DNA of 64,000 bases from positions 64,001-128,000 of the forward strand of contig JBCCHT010000012.1 of assembly GCA_039028615.1 (NCBI GenBank), given 5' to 3'. The stretch is from Myxococcota bacterium. GTDB taxonomy: Bacteria > Myxococcota_A > Polyangia > Nannocystales > Nannocystaceae. The position numbers and the translations under genes were made by a program. Every line of letters starts with the position of its first letter. Position 1 is the first letter of the stretch. Of the stretch, positions 28,442 through 38,265 are shown piece after piece. The notes below the pieces were generated by a model. That model saw nothing but the letters and a program-made list of their open reading frames with translations, had not been told where the DNA came from and did not search any database.

Positions 28442-29683
28442 CTACCCGGGGGGAAGCTGCGGCGAGGCGATCCCGGTAATCTGCGGGATTCGGTTCTTGA
28501 GCCGCCGCTCGATGCCCTGGCGCAGCGTCGCCTGCGAGCTGGGGCAGCCGACACAGTTACCCGTGAGCTGCACGTGCACCACGTTGCCCTGGACGTCGAG
28601 CAGCTCGATGTCGCCGCCGTCGGCCTGCACCATCGGGCGACACTCGTCGAGCACCTCGCGAACACGGCCGACGAGGGCGTCTCCATCGAGGACCTCGTCG
28701 TCCGCCGCCGCTTCGCCCACGCCCAGCCCCTCGAAGGGCGAGCGCTCGGGGTGCAGCACGGGGAGCTTGAGCCGCGGCTTGGCCACCTTCGGGGAGACGG
28801 TCTCGCCTCCGACCGAGGTCCAGGCATCGATACCGCCGCCCAGGCTCACCGCGGAACGGAAGCCGTGGCTGCGCAGCGCCTGCACGGCGCGAAGCGAGCG
28901 TCCGCCCGACTTGCAGTACACGATCCACACGTCGTTGGCGTCGAGTTCGCCCGCTCTCGCGTCGAGGTCGTCGAGCGGGATGTGGAGGGACCCTGCGATC
29001 ATCCCTTGCTCCGTCTCGGCCTTGGTGCGGACGTCGATGAGCCGCAGGTCGGCGCCGGATTGCTTGCGGGCCCGCAGCTCCGCGACGTCGATCTCGTCGA
29101 CCAGCGCGTCGTCGGCCTCGGCCGGCTCGGGCGTGGCGGCGATGCGGGTCTGGAGCTCGCCCGACTGGTCGAGCGCACGCAGCTCCTCGAAGCCGCCGAT
29201 CGACTCGCCGTGGATGAAGATCTGCGGCGTGGTCTGCTGACCGGTCACGATCTTCAGCCAGCTCAAGGTCGCGTCGTCGCCCTTGATGTCGTGCTCGGCG
29301 AAGGGAATCTCGCGCTCGCGCAGCAGGTCCATCGCGGCGCGCGAGTAAGGGCAGCCTCGCTTGTAGTAGAACTCGACCGCGGGCTTGGCCGGCTCGGCGG
29401 CGGCCGCCTCCTCTTCCTCTTCGTCGGCCTTGACGATGCCGTGGTCGACCTGGTGCTTGCGCAGCTTGGCGCGGTCCGAGTCCCACATGTGCTGGTCGGG
29501 CGTTTCCCCCGTCCACTCGGGGTTGGGCGCCTGTGGAGGAATGTCGTCGAGACCGACCACGCCACGGGCACGATCGAGGACGGAGGCAGCCGCGCGCACG
29601 GGAGCGCGCTCGGAGCTACGCGCCTTGTCGACGACGACATCGAGGGTCTTGACCGTTACGCGGCGAAGGAGGGTGCCCAGCAT
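28442..29683 (-). CDS. Glutaredoxin-rhodanese-NifU(C) fusion protein
   Basis: CPYS..TTPQIFI..IGGF; YCKSGGRS; RPMVQADGGDIEL..GNCVGCPSSQATL. Confidence 0.85.
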   Translation of the reverse strand: MLGTLLRRVTVKTLDVVVDKARSSERAPVRAAASVLDRARGVVGLDDIPPQAPNPEWTGETPDQHMWDSDRAKLRKHQVDHGIVKADEEEEEAAAAEPAKPAVEFYYKRGCPYSRAAMDLLREREIPFAEHDIKGDDATLSWLKIVTGQQTTPQIFIHGESIGGFEELRALDQSGELQTRIAATPEPAEADDALVDEIDVAELRARKQSGADLRLIDVRTKAETEQGMIAGSLHIPLDDLDARAGELDANDVWIVYCKSGGRSLRAVQALRSHGFRSAVSLGGGIDAWTSVGGETVSPKVAKPRLKLPVLHPERSPFEGLGVGEAAADDEVLDGDALVGRVREVLDECRPMVQADGGDIELLDVQGNVVHVQLTGNCVGCPSSQATLRQGIERRLKNRIPQITGIASPQLPPG

Positions 29684-29784
29684 GGCGGTCGCTTCCGTAG
29701 CCCGCGCCTCGGACCACCGTCAAGGGCGGCTATCGCGGCCCAGCCGCGAAGCGAGATTCACATCACGGGTGATACGCTTCCTTT

Positions 29785-30819
29785 GTGGATCCACGAGGCA
29801 AGTGTGAGTTGGCCCTGTTGGTGTTCGTAGGGGCGTGTGGATCGACGAGTGAGGGACCTGCGGCCGCATCCGGGACTGAGGGTTCGACCAGCCTCGAGCA
29901 GAGCCAAGACCCGAGCGCCCCCGGTGACACGATGGCGGCGGCGGGCTCGAGCGGGGCCGCCGAAGCCACGGGCACGACCGGCGGTGCGGACTCGACCGGC
30001 GGATCGGACGACACCTCGCCGCCCCAGCTTCCGTGCAACGGTCACGTCGAGCTGTGCGACCGCTCCTTCGATCAAGTGGTGTTCCCCGGTACGCACAACA
30101 GCCACGCCGCACTCGACGACGGCTTCCCGATCATCAACGCCAACCACCAACGCGGCATCGCGCAGCAGCTCGATGATGGCGTGCGGGTGATGCTGCTGGA
30201 CATCTACCCCGACCCCGCCGACGACGAGCAGATCGTGCTGTGCCACGGCCCGTGCATCCTCGCTTCGCTGCCGCACCTCGACGGGCTCCAGACCATCGTC
30301 GACTTTTTGCGGGACAACCCCCGCGAGGTGCTGACCATCATCTATCAAGATGCGGTCGACGTCGAAGAGGTCGCGCAGGACTTCGCGCTGACTACCGCCG
30401 ACACGCTGACCTACGCGCACCAGCCCGGCACGGCATGGCCGACGCTCGGCGAGATGATCGAGGCCGACACCCGACTGGTCATCACCGCGGAGTCGGGCGG
30501 ACCCCCGCCCGCTTGGTACCACCACGTCTGGGACGAAGCCTGGGACACCCCCTACGGCCCCTCCTCCATCGACGACCTGTCGTGCGACCACAACCGCGGC
30601 TCGACCGATCACGACCTGTTCCTCATGAACCATTGGGTCAACACCCTGGTGGGGCTGCCCGATCAGGGCGGGGCGAGCGAGGTCAACTCCACCGACGTGC
30701 TGCTCACCCGCGCGCAAGAATGCTGGGAGCGGTGGGATCACCCGCCGAACTTCGTGGTGGTGGATTGGTACGAGCAGGGCGATCTGTTCGCGGTCGTCGA
30801 CACGCTCAACGGAATCTGA
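29785..30819 (+). CDS. PI-PLC-like phosphodiesterase lipoprotein
   Basis: CNGHVELCDR, GTHNS, QLDDGVR..LD, NPREV, PNFVVVDWY. Confidence 0.8.
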   Translation: MDPRGKCELALLVFVGACGSTSEGPAAASGTEGSTSLEQSQDPSAPGDTMAAAGSSGAAEATGTTGGADSTGGSDDTSPPQLPCNGHVELCDRSFDQVVFPGTHNSHAALDDGFPIINANHQRGIAQQLDDGVRVMLLDIYPDPADDEQIVLCHGPCILASLPHLDGLQTIVDFLRDNPREVLTIIYQDAVDVEEVAQDFALTTADTLTYAHQPGTAWPTLGEMIEADTRLVITAESGGPPPAWYHHVWDEAWDTPYGPSSIDDLSCDHNRGSTDHDLFLMNHWVNTLVGLPDQGGASEVNSTDVLLTRAQECWERWDHPPNFVVVDWYEQGDLFAVVDTLNGI

Positions 30820-30910
30820 CGCTTCGCCGTCCGAAAAATCGCCGCCTGACGTGAGTTCGTCGCCGGGCGAAGCCTTGATCGGGTGAGGTCGAAAACCCAC
30901 TACCGCCTTC

Positions 30911-33703
30911 GTGCCGCCGTTTCGAGGCCTCCTCGTCGCACTGGCCGGGCTGATGCTCACCGCCTGCGCCTTCTCCGCTAGCCGCCCCCACCTTCGCAAG
31001 CCGAGCCGCGACCTCGTCGTCCCCGGCGATGGCTTCCTCAAGACCTACGACAACGGGCTGACCCTGATGGTCGTGCCCGACCCCTACGCTCGGGTCGTCC
31101 AGTTCGACGTCCGCCACGAGGTCGGCTCCCGGGACGAGCCCATCGGACAAGAAGGCGTGGCCCACTTCGTCGAGCACCTCATGTACGAGCTGCCTTCGAA
31201 GGGCCCGGGCACCACGACGCTCTATGCGGAAGCCCGCGCGCGCTCGGTGGCGTTCAATGCCTATACCGCGCTCGACGAGACCCACTATCAATATACCGGG
31301 ATCTCCGAGCAGCTCCCGACCTATGTCGAGCACACCGCCAAGCGGCTGAATTTCGACTGCGGGGCCATCGACGACGCCGCCCTGGAGCAGGTCACGGAGA
31401 TCATCCGCAACGAGCTCCGCGAGCGTCGGGGCACCTCGAGCATGCAGGTTCGCGACCAGATCGTCGCCGCCATCTATCCCGAGGAGCACCCCTACCACCA
31501 CAGCGAAGCGGACTACGAACGGCTGGACTCGCTCACGTGGCACCAGCTGTGCACCTTCGCCACCGAGCACTACACCACCGATCGCACCACCATCGTCGTC
31601 ACGGGCAACGTCGATCCTCTGGCGGTCCTCGAGCTCACCAACCAGACGCTCGAGCCCCTGCCCGCCAAGGAGTCGGACCCACGCACCGCAATCCCGGAAT
31701 TCGAGCTACCCGTGGGGCGGGTCTCGCTCGAGTCTCCCGTCTCGTCCCCCAGCGCGCTGGTCGTGTTCCAGATGCCGCGGCGCTTCACCGAGGACTACGT
31801 GGCGACCCAGGTCGCAGCGACCGGCATCGAGATCTCCCTAGAGACGGTCATCAACCGGGATCGCGGGAACAACGACCGCTGGGACTTCACGTTCTCCTCG
31901 TGGCTGGGCGGCAAGGAGGCCCCGGTCTGGGCCATCGCGGTCGAGCCGGACGAGGACACCTCGCTCGACGATGCCGTGGACGAAGTCCTGGAGGTCCTCG
32001 AGCACGGCGGCAAGATGAACCCGACGACCGGGTCCTACGATCGCATCCGACAGATTCGTCGCCTCCAGCTGGTCGACGAGCTCGCGTCGATCTCCACTCG
32101 CTCGAAGGCCTACGCCGACTACCTCGAGGAGGGGGACACCCCGGGCTTCGTCGGCGCCGAGCTGGCCGCCATCGACACTCTCGACGAGCAAGAGATCCAG
32201 GCCGCCTGGCGCGATGTGTTTTCACGCGACCGCGCGATGCTCATCGAGCTGACGCCGACCGAAGATCCGGGCCGAGTCCAAATCGACCCCGAGCCCTTCG
32301 CGTACGACCCTACGCGCCACGAACGGCTATATCTGCCCGACGACATCGGGGCGGACGAAGCCAACCGTCCCCTCGAGGTGGTGGAGATCGCCCCGCCCGA
32401 CCTCGACCTGGTCGCCTACCGCACGAGCAACGGCATGCGGGTCGTCCTGGCCGCCTCGTCGCAGTTTCCCGTGATGCACACCCAGCTCATGGTCGGGGCC
32501 GGTACCGCTCATAGCCGGCGCCACCCCGAGACGGCGAAGCTGGCGATGGACCTCTATCGCGTCCACGCTCGGGAAAGCGCCAAGGTGTTGCGGCAATTCT
32601 TCAATGCGGGCGGCGTGTACAGCCGCTCGATGGACGCCTACAGCACGACCTACCGCGCCCAGGGCCTGTCCATCTACCTCGACTTCATCCTGGCCGGGCT
32701 ATCGGATCGCATCCTTCAAGCGCAGTACTCGAACGATGGCTTCGATCAGTGGAAGAAGACGGCGCGTGTACTCGCCGAGAACCCGAAGATCGCAGCGGCG
32801 CTTCGTCGGCGGCAGCTGCTTCTGAGTTCGCTCTACGGCGAGGGACATCCGCTGGCCCGCTCTCCGGGCGGCCCCAAGGACATCAAGAAAGTCCGAGGCG
32901 TCCCCGTCAACCGATTCCGCAGCCGCTACTTTCGGGCTCCCAACGCCACGTTGGTCGTGACCGGCAACTTCGACATGGCCCTGGCCACCGACCACATCGA
33001 AGCCGGCTTCGGCAAGCCTCGGAACACCAACCAGTTCACGGTGTGGAACCGTCGGATGGACTACACCACGCCCGAGATACCCCCCATCTCGCCACACTGG
33101 GGCCGCACGCTCACCCAGGTGGACGACGATCGGGTCCAGACCGAGGTCCAGCTCATCTATCCGATGGACTCGGTCTACGGGCGACGGCATGCCGCCCTCC
33201 TGGTCCTCGCCGCGATGCTCGACCTCAGCGTCAGCCGCGTACGCGAGGAGCTGTCCGTCTCCTACGGAGCGAGTGCCTTCCTGGATCGAGATCAACCGAG
33301 CCTGGTGGTCACGGCCAGCCTCGACAGCGGCCGGGCGAACGAGGGCCTCGAGGCACTCCGAGCGTCCATCATCGCGGCGACGTCGGCCGATGATTTCGAA
33401 CGTCGCTTCGCCTTCGCGCGCCGCCAGCAGATGGAGTCGATGCTCCTGACCCATGGTGACCCCGGCCGCCTCGCCGACGAACTCGCCACCGCCGTGCGGC
33501 ACGAGGGCAGCGTCAACTACTTCTATGCACTCGCCGAGCGGATCGCCGTGCTCCAGCCCAGCGACGTCGTGGCCGTGGCGCACGAGCTGTTCGACCACGG
33601 GGGGCCCATCACCCACGTCATCGGACCCGGGGACAGCATCGAGCAGATCGTCGCCGGCCTCGACCCGAGCACCGTGCTCGAGCTGCCCGAAACTCCACGA
33701 TGA
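30911..33703 (+). CDS. M16 (insulinase/pitrilysin) zinc peptidase
   Basis: NGLT, VGSRDEP..GVAHFVEHLM, NAYT; second M16 half starting SNGMRV. Confidence 0.88.
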   Translation: MPPFRGLLVALAGLMLTACAFSASRPHLRKPSRDLVVPGDGFLKTYDNGLTLMVVPDPYARVVQFDVRHEVGSRDEPIGQEGVAHFVEHLMYELPSKGPGTTTLYAEARARSVAFNAYTALDETHYQYTGISEQLPTYVEHTAKRLNFDCGAIDDAALEQVTEIIRNELRERRGTSSMQVRDQIVAAIYPEEHPYHHSEADYERLDSLTWHQLCTFATEHYTTDRTTIVVTGNVDPLAVLELTNQTLEPLPAKESDPRTAIPEFELPVGRVSLESPVSSPSALVVFQMPRRFTEDYVATQVAATGIEISLETVINRDRGNNDRWDFTFSSWLGGKEAPVWAIAVEPDEDTSLDDAVDEVLEVLEHGGKMNPTTGSYDRIRQIRRLQLVDELASISTRSKAYADYLEEGDTPGFVGAELAAIDTLDEQEIQAAWRDVFSRDRAMLIELTPTEDPGRVQIDPEPFAYDPTRHERLYLPDDIGADEANRPLEVVEIAPPDLDLVAYRTSNGMRVVLAASSQFPVMHTQLMVGAGTAHSRRHPETAKLAMDLYRVHARESAKVLRQFFNAGGVYSRSMDAYSTTYRAQGLSIYLDFILAGLSDRILQAQYSNDGFDQWKKTARVLAENPKIAAALRRRQLLLSSLYGEGHPLARSPGGPKDIKKVRGVPVNRFRSRYFRAPNATLVVTGNFDMALATDHIEAGFGKPRNTNQFTVWNRRMDYTTPEIPPISPHWGRTLTQVDDDRVQTEVQLIYPMDSVYGRRHAALLVLAAMLDLSVSRVREELSVSYGASAFLDRDQPSLVVTASLDSGRANEGLEALRASIIAATSADDFERRFAFARRQQMESMLLTHGDPGRLADELATAVRHEGSVNYFYALAERIAVLQPSDVVAVAHELFDHGGPITHVIGPGDSIEQIVAGLDPSTVLELPETPR

Positions 33704-33770
33704 TCCCGCGAGCACGCGCCCCTCGAAGCTCGGCGTGCGCGGCTCGTTCCGCACGACCGCCGAAGAGGCG

Positions 33771-33799
33771 GCTCGAGCAGCCGAAGGCGCTGCTCGAGC
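33771..33799. terminator. Hairpin between convergent M16 and rpsD genes
   Basis: GCTCGAGCAGC-7nt-GCTGCTCGAGC; no U tract. Confidence 0.45.
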
Positions 33800-33807
33800 G
33801 GTGAGCC

Positions 33808-34416
33808 CTACTTGGCGTAGAACTCGACGATCAGCTGGGTGTCGACCTCGAGCAAGACGTCCTGCGGGGTCGGCATCGCGACCACCGTGGCCACCTGGTT
33901 ATTCGAGTCCCAGCTCAGCCACGACGGCGGCGAAAAGCGGGGCTGGGCCAGCGATTCCTTGACGATCTCGAAGCCGCGCGAGCGCTCGGTCATCTCGATC
34001 CGGTCGCCCACCTTCACTCGAATCGAAGGGATGTCGACGCGACGCCCGCCGACGATGAGGTGGCGATGATTGATGAGCTGCCGCGCCCCGGGAATGGTCG
34101 GCGCGATGCCGAGCCGAAACGCCACGTTGTCGAGACGCCGCTCGAGCAGGTTGAGCATGTTGTCGCCCGTGATCCCCTTGGCCGCGTGGGCCTCTCGGTA
34201 GATCCGGCGAAGCTGGCGCTCGGTGAGACCGTAGTTGTAGCGAAGCTTCTGCTTCTCGAGCAGCTGCATCGCGTACTCGGAAGGGCGTCGACGTGGCCTC
34301 GAGCCATGCTGGCCGGGGCGTTGCGGGCGACGATCACGACTCTTGCGGGTGAGGCCAGGCAGCTCGCTGTCGAGCGCCCGCATCACCCGTACTCGGGGAC
34401 CGGTATAGCGACTCAT
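33808..34416 (-). CDS. rpsD: 30S ribosomal protein S4, cysteine-free stand-alone paralog
   Basis: MSRYTGP..PGQHG..SEYAMQLLEKQKLR..LERRLDNV..ARQLINHRH..IVEFYAK; GGAG RBS. Confidence 0.97.
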   Translation of the reverse strand: MSRYTGPRVRVMRALDSELPGLTRKSRDRRPQRPGQHGSRPRRRPSEYAMQLLEKQKLRYNYGLTERQLRRIYREAHAAKGITGDNMLNLLERRLDNVAFRLGIAPTIPGARQLINHRHLIVGGRRVDIPSIRVKVGDRIEMTERSRGFEIVKESLAQPRFSPPSWLSWDSNNQVATVVAMPTPQDVLLEVDTQLIVEFYAK

Positions 34417-34448
34417 GGGTACTCCGTTGGGGTAAGGACGGAAGGCGA

Positions 34449-35378
34449 TCAGCCGACCAACGCCGGCCAGACCAACGCGAGCATCCATATGCTCGCGACC
34501 ACACCCGACAGCATCACGACCCAGCCAACGCGACGAAGACGACGAAGCTGCCACCACATCACAACCCCAGTGATGCTCCACATGATCAGGCAGAAGATCG
34601 TCAGATCTACGACGAAGGCGTGGATCCACGGCACCCCGAATTCGGCGGGGTAGGTGTGGGTCATGTGCAGCCGAGCAAGAATTCGGCTGGTTCGAACCTC
34701 GGGTTCTTCGATTTCCTCGAACTCGGGTTTCTGGGTCACCGCGTCGTAGGTGACCCGCCAAGGGCGACCGTCGATGGTCGCCACGAACTCGATCTTCGGC
34801 GCAGACTCGAGCTTCAAGGCCTCGGGCTCGTCGAGCCACGGCTCGGCCGCGGCCTCGACCATGCGCTCGAAGATGGCCGGCTCGAGCGCATCGACCGGCA
34901 TCGACTCGACCTCGGCGAAGGCCTCGGGCTGCGCGGGCTCCTCGACCGGGCTCATGCGCAGCGAGCCGTTGCCACTGCGTGCGCCCAGGAATAGACGCAC
35001 GCGCTGGTCGTCGATCTCGCCTCGGGCGCGTAGCGACCCCCCGTACTCGGGGAGCGGCGTCGGCTGCAGCTCGATCTGCGCGTCGGGGGCCGTGGCTCGC
35101 ATCGCCTCTACCGCAGCCTCGGCGGCGGACTCGGGCGTGGGCACGTCGGCCAGCACCTGCGGCGGCAGATCATCGCGGACGAAGCGATGCACGCCCGGCG
35201 AACCCGACAAGCTCGGGTGATTGAAGAGCAGGCCGCTGATGGCGTACATCAGCACCCAGGGCACCATGGCGAGCCCCGCGTACAGGTGCGTACGACGAAT
35301 GATCTTCAAGATCTTCGCGTTGCGTGCCGCGCGAGCGCGGTCCCGTGCGGGCGGGCGAGCCATGGTGTCCGGGGTCAT
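34449..35378 (-). CDS. PepSY-associated TM helix protein
   Basis: RRTHLYAGL..SGLLFNH; ARLHM; SITGVVMWW. Confidence 0.8.
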   Translation of the reverse strand: MTPDTMARPPARDRARAARNAKILKIIRRTHLYAGLAMVPWVLMYAISGLLFNHPSLSGSPGVHRFVRDDLPPQVLADVPTPESAAEAAVEAMRATAPDAQIELQPTPLPEYGGSLRARGEIDDQRVRLFLGARSGNGSLRMSPVEEPAQPEAFAEVESMPVDALEPAIFERMVEAAAEPWLDEPEALKLESAPKIEFVATIDGRPWRVTYDAVTQKPEFEEIEEPEVRTSRILARLHMTHTYPAEFGVPWIHAFVVDLTIFCLIMWSITGVVMWWQLRRLRRVGWVVMLSGVVASIWMLALVWPALVG

Positions 35379-35383
35379 CGTGT

Positions 35384-35986
35384 CTAGAGGTTCGCGCTGT
35401 GCTGCGCGAGGTAGTCGGCCACGCCCTCGGGGTTGGCCTTCATGCCGGGGTCACCCTTGTTCCAGCCGGCGGGGCAGACCTCGCCGTGCTCCTCGTGGAA
35501 CTGCAGGGCGTCGACCAGGCGCGTCAGCTCGTCCATGTTCCGCCCGAGCGGGAGGTCGTTGACGATCTGCGAGCGCACGGTGCCCTCGCGGTCGATGAGG
35601 AAGCTGGCGCGCAGAGCCACGCCGCCGTCGGTCTGGACCCCATAGGCCTGGCAGATCTCGTGCTTGACGTCGGCGACCATGGTGAAGCCCACCGGTCCGA
35701 TGCCGCCCTTGTCGACCGCGGTGTTCCGCCACGCGTGGTGGGTGAACTGCGAGTCGATGGACACGGCAATGACCTCCACGTTGCGCTCGCGCAGCGCGGG
35801 CACTCGGCGGTCCAGAGCGATCAGCTCCGAAGGACACACGAACGTGAAGTCCAGCGGATAGAACACGAGCACGCCGTAGCGAGACTTCAGCGCATTCGAC
35901 ATGGACCAGTCGTCGGCGATCGTGCCGTCGGGCAGGACGGCGGAGGCCGAGAACATGGGAGCGGGACGAGTAACGAGTACGGACAT
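35384..35986 (-). CDS. ahpC: 2-Cys peroxiredoxin (AhpC/TSA)
   Basis: FYPLDFTFVCPSE; GEVCPAGW. Confidence 0.97.
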   Translation of the reverse strand: MSVLVTRPAPMFSASAVLPDGTIADDWSMSNALKSRYGVLVFYPLDFTFVCPSELIALDRRVPALRERNVEVIAVSIDSQFTHHAWRNTAVDKGGIGPVGFTMVADVKHEICQAYGVQTDGGVALRASFLIDREGTVRSQIVNDLPLGRNMDELTRLVDALQFHEEHGEVCPAGWNKGDPGMKANPEGVADYLAQHSANL

Positions 35987-36003
35987 TCGGATGAACCTGA
36001 TTA

Positions 36004-36047
36004 GATTTTGAAAATCAAAATCGACAAACTCGATAGAACGGTTCAAT
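36004..36047. promoter_or_regulatory. AT-rich control region of ahpC: Fur/PerR-like box plus OxyR-like site
   Basis: GATTTTGA-AAA-TCAAAATC (36004-36022) and ATAG-N7-CAAT (36033-36047). Confidence 0.6.
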
Positions 36048-36230
36048 CGCCGTTTCAACTCATTAATCGAGAAATGATGAATGCGCTTGCTCACCAATTG
36101 AAATCCCATATCATCCGGGATCCTCCGTGGGCTCGCCGCTCGACGCGGCGGCACGAGCGTCGGTCCCGCCGTCGATCCGCGGACCGCGTCGACACGGCGC
36201 AGTTTCTGTGGGCTCGCTCGAACGATCGGC

Positions 36231-36845
36231 TCAGTCGTCGCCGCAGCGCAGCGCCACGAAGCCGCCTTGGACCGCGCTGCCCGAGGCGGCGAACGTGTCC
36301 GCCGTATCGATCAACCGACCGATCACACACTCGTCGGTGACGCTGATGATCTCGAGGTCGCCCTTGGCGAAGCCACCTTCGAGCTGCTCGTCCACGCACT
36401 CCCCCTCTTCGCGCCACACGTGCGAGAGGTTGAAGCCCTGGCCGTAGTCGTTGAGCACGAACTCTCCGACCACGGGATCGGAGCCTCGCAGCACGATATC
36501 GGTGGCCCAGGCGCGGGGACAGGTGAGCGGCTCGGCCGCGAGCTCGTCGTCGCAGCTCACCTCGTCATCGGACAGACGCAACACCATGCTCGCGGTGGGC
36601 ACGTTGAAGTTGGTCTGGTTGTCCTTGGTGGGGATCGCCGTAACCGCCCACGCCGTCCGCAAGCCGCGAATCAACTCCACGTCTTCGGGCAACGGACCAC
36701 ACCGTTCCATCGCGGTGTGGATGTTGCCTTCGGGCTCGAGCAAAAGCGCGTCGTGGTCGACGATGTCGAGGTCGGCGCAGGCGCTGGCGGCCACGACGAG
36801 CGCAAGGCTCGCAATTGCCTTCGATGCCCCCATCCACATACGCAC
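36231..36845 (-). CDS. Hypothetical Cys-containing lipoprotein
   Basis: Lipobox ASAC; ends CVIGRL..GGFVALRC; divergent from the ECF module. Confidence 0.65.
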   Translation of the reverse strand: MRMWMGASKAIASLALVVAASACADLDIVDHDALLLEPEGNIHTAMERCGPLPEDVELIRGLRTAWAVTAIPTKDNQTNFNVPTASMVLRLSDDEVSCDDELAAEPLTCPRAWATDIVLRGSDPVVGEFVLNDYGQGFNLSHVWREEGECVDEQLEGGFAKGDLEIISVTDECVIGRLIDTADTFAASGSAVQGGFVALRCGDD

Positions 36846-37056
36846 GATGCGTCTGAGTATGCCCGACCAGGGTGCAAAGCGCCCAACCCAAAATCATGCC
36901 GAACCTCATATTCCCGATATCGCTCGCGTTTTTCGCGGGCGGAAAGGAAACCGGACCCATTGGTTCGCGTGGTGAGGACGGCGGCGGCTATGCTCGAACC
37001 TGCGGGAGCCAAGAACTGCGATCCGCGATCATGGGCGGACTCGCAATGCGGAGGAG

Positions 37057-38265
37057 ATGGTGATTACTGCGCTACTAGCGCTGGTTCTCGCTCCGGCACC
37101 CGTGTACGTGGAAACCGTCCCGCCGACGGAGAGCCGCGAGACGCGCTCACTTCGAGCCCAACTGATGCTGCGTTTGCTGGAGGAGGGCTACCCCCTCGCG
37201 CCGTCGGCCGAGCACGCCACGCGCACGCTGTACGTCACGCCGACCGACAGCGGGTTGCGCGTGGAAGCGAGGGGCTTGGACATCCAGGCCTTCGAAGTGG
37301 CGACGGGTCCGGTGCTTCCGCTCGAGGCAGTGCACCGCGCGATGCAGGCGCTCGACGAAGTGACGCCGCGGGCCGATCCGACGGCCGTGCCTCCGCCTCG
37401 CTTTGCGGTGCACGTGACCGACGCCCCGGAGTCGACCTCGCCCGAGGCGGTTCGCGAGGCGCTGGTCGATCGACTGCTGGCCGCGAACGGAGCCGTGGTC
37501 CCGCTGTCGGCGAACCCGGACGGCGTGTTCTGTGCCGAAGCGCTGGGCAACGACCTGTCCGTGTCGCGGGGCCAGAGCCTCGACGACTGCGGGCTGCAAC
37601 CAGCGCTGGTGCCGATGGACGACGACCAGGTCGATGCGACCGCGCTCGCCAGCTCGGTGCAGGAGCTGATGCGCGACCCCGACGTGGTCGACCTGCAGCC
37701 GCGCGACACCACGACGAAGCAACCACCGCGACGGGACATCGAGACCACGACCGACAACGAGCCGCCGCCCCGCAACGGCAAGACGCGGGTTCGGGTCGGA
37801 GCGCGGGCGGGCATCTTCGGGCGCATCAGCTCGGCGGATGCCGCGGTCGGCACTTCGTTGCGAGTCGGTCGCGAGCCGGGTCCGGGCGGTCTGCTCGACC
37901 TGACGATGGTGCCCACGTCCGCCCCCGACATCTCGATCTTCGAGACCAGCGTGAGCGGCGGCTTCGGCTGGATGTGGGCCGTGTCGCCGATCGTGGCCAT
38001 GCGAGTGCAGGGCCTGGTCGGCGTACAAATTCACCGCTTCCGGCAGCGTGGCGACGTCACGGGTCACCGCGTGGACTGGACGGCAGAGATACCCGTAGGA
38101 ACCTCGCTCCGATTGGCGCGTGGCCTTCGCCTCGACCTCACGGTTCGTGGCGGACGCTCGGGGCGAGACAGAGAACACCGAGTCGACGACGTCATCGTAT
38201 GGGCCCGCAGTGCGTGGCGCATTGGAGCATCGGTCGGCTTGAGTTACGGTTGGAGGGCGCGATGA
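37057..38265 (+). CDS. Hypothetical exported protein with a beta-barrel-like C-terminus (ECF module partner)
   Basis: Signal peptide; amphipathic strands ending GLSYGW; stop overlaps the sigma start. Confidence 0.65.
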   Translation: MVITALLALVLAPAPVYVETVPPTESRETRSLRAQLMLRLLEEGYPLAPSAEHATRTLYVTPTDSGLRVEARGLDIQAFEVATGPVLPLEAVHRAMQALDEVTPRADPTAVPPPRFAVHVTDAPESTSPEAVREALVDRLLAANGAVVPLSANPDGVFCAEALGNDLSVSRGQSLDDCGLQPALVPMDDDQVDATALASSVQELMRDPDVVDLQPRDTTTKQPPRRDIETTTDNEPPPRNGKTRVRVGARAGIFGRISSADAAVGTSLRVGREPGPGGLLDLTMVPTSAPDISIFETSVSGGFGWMWAVSPIVAMRVQGLVGVQIHRFRQRGDVTGHRVDWTAEIPVGTSLRLARGLRLDLTVRGGRSGRDREHRVDDVIVWARSAWRIGASVGLSYGWRAR

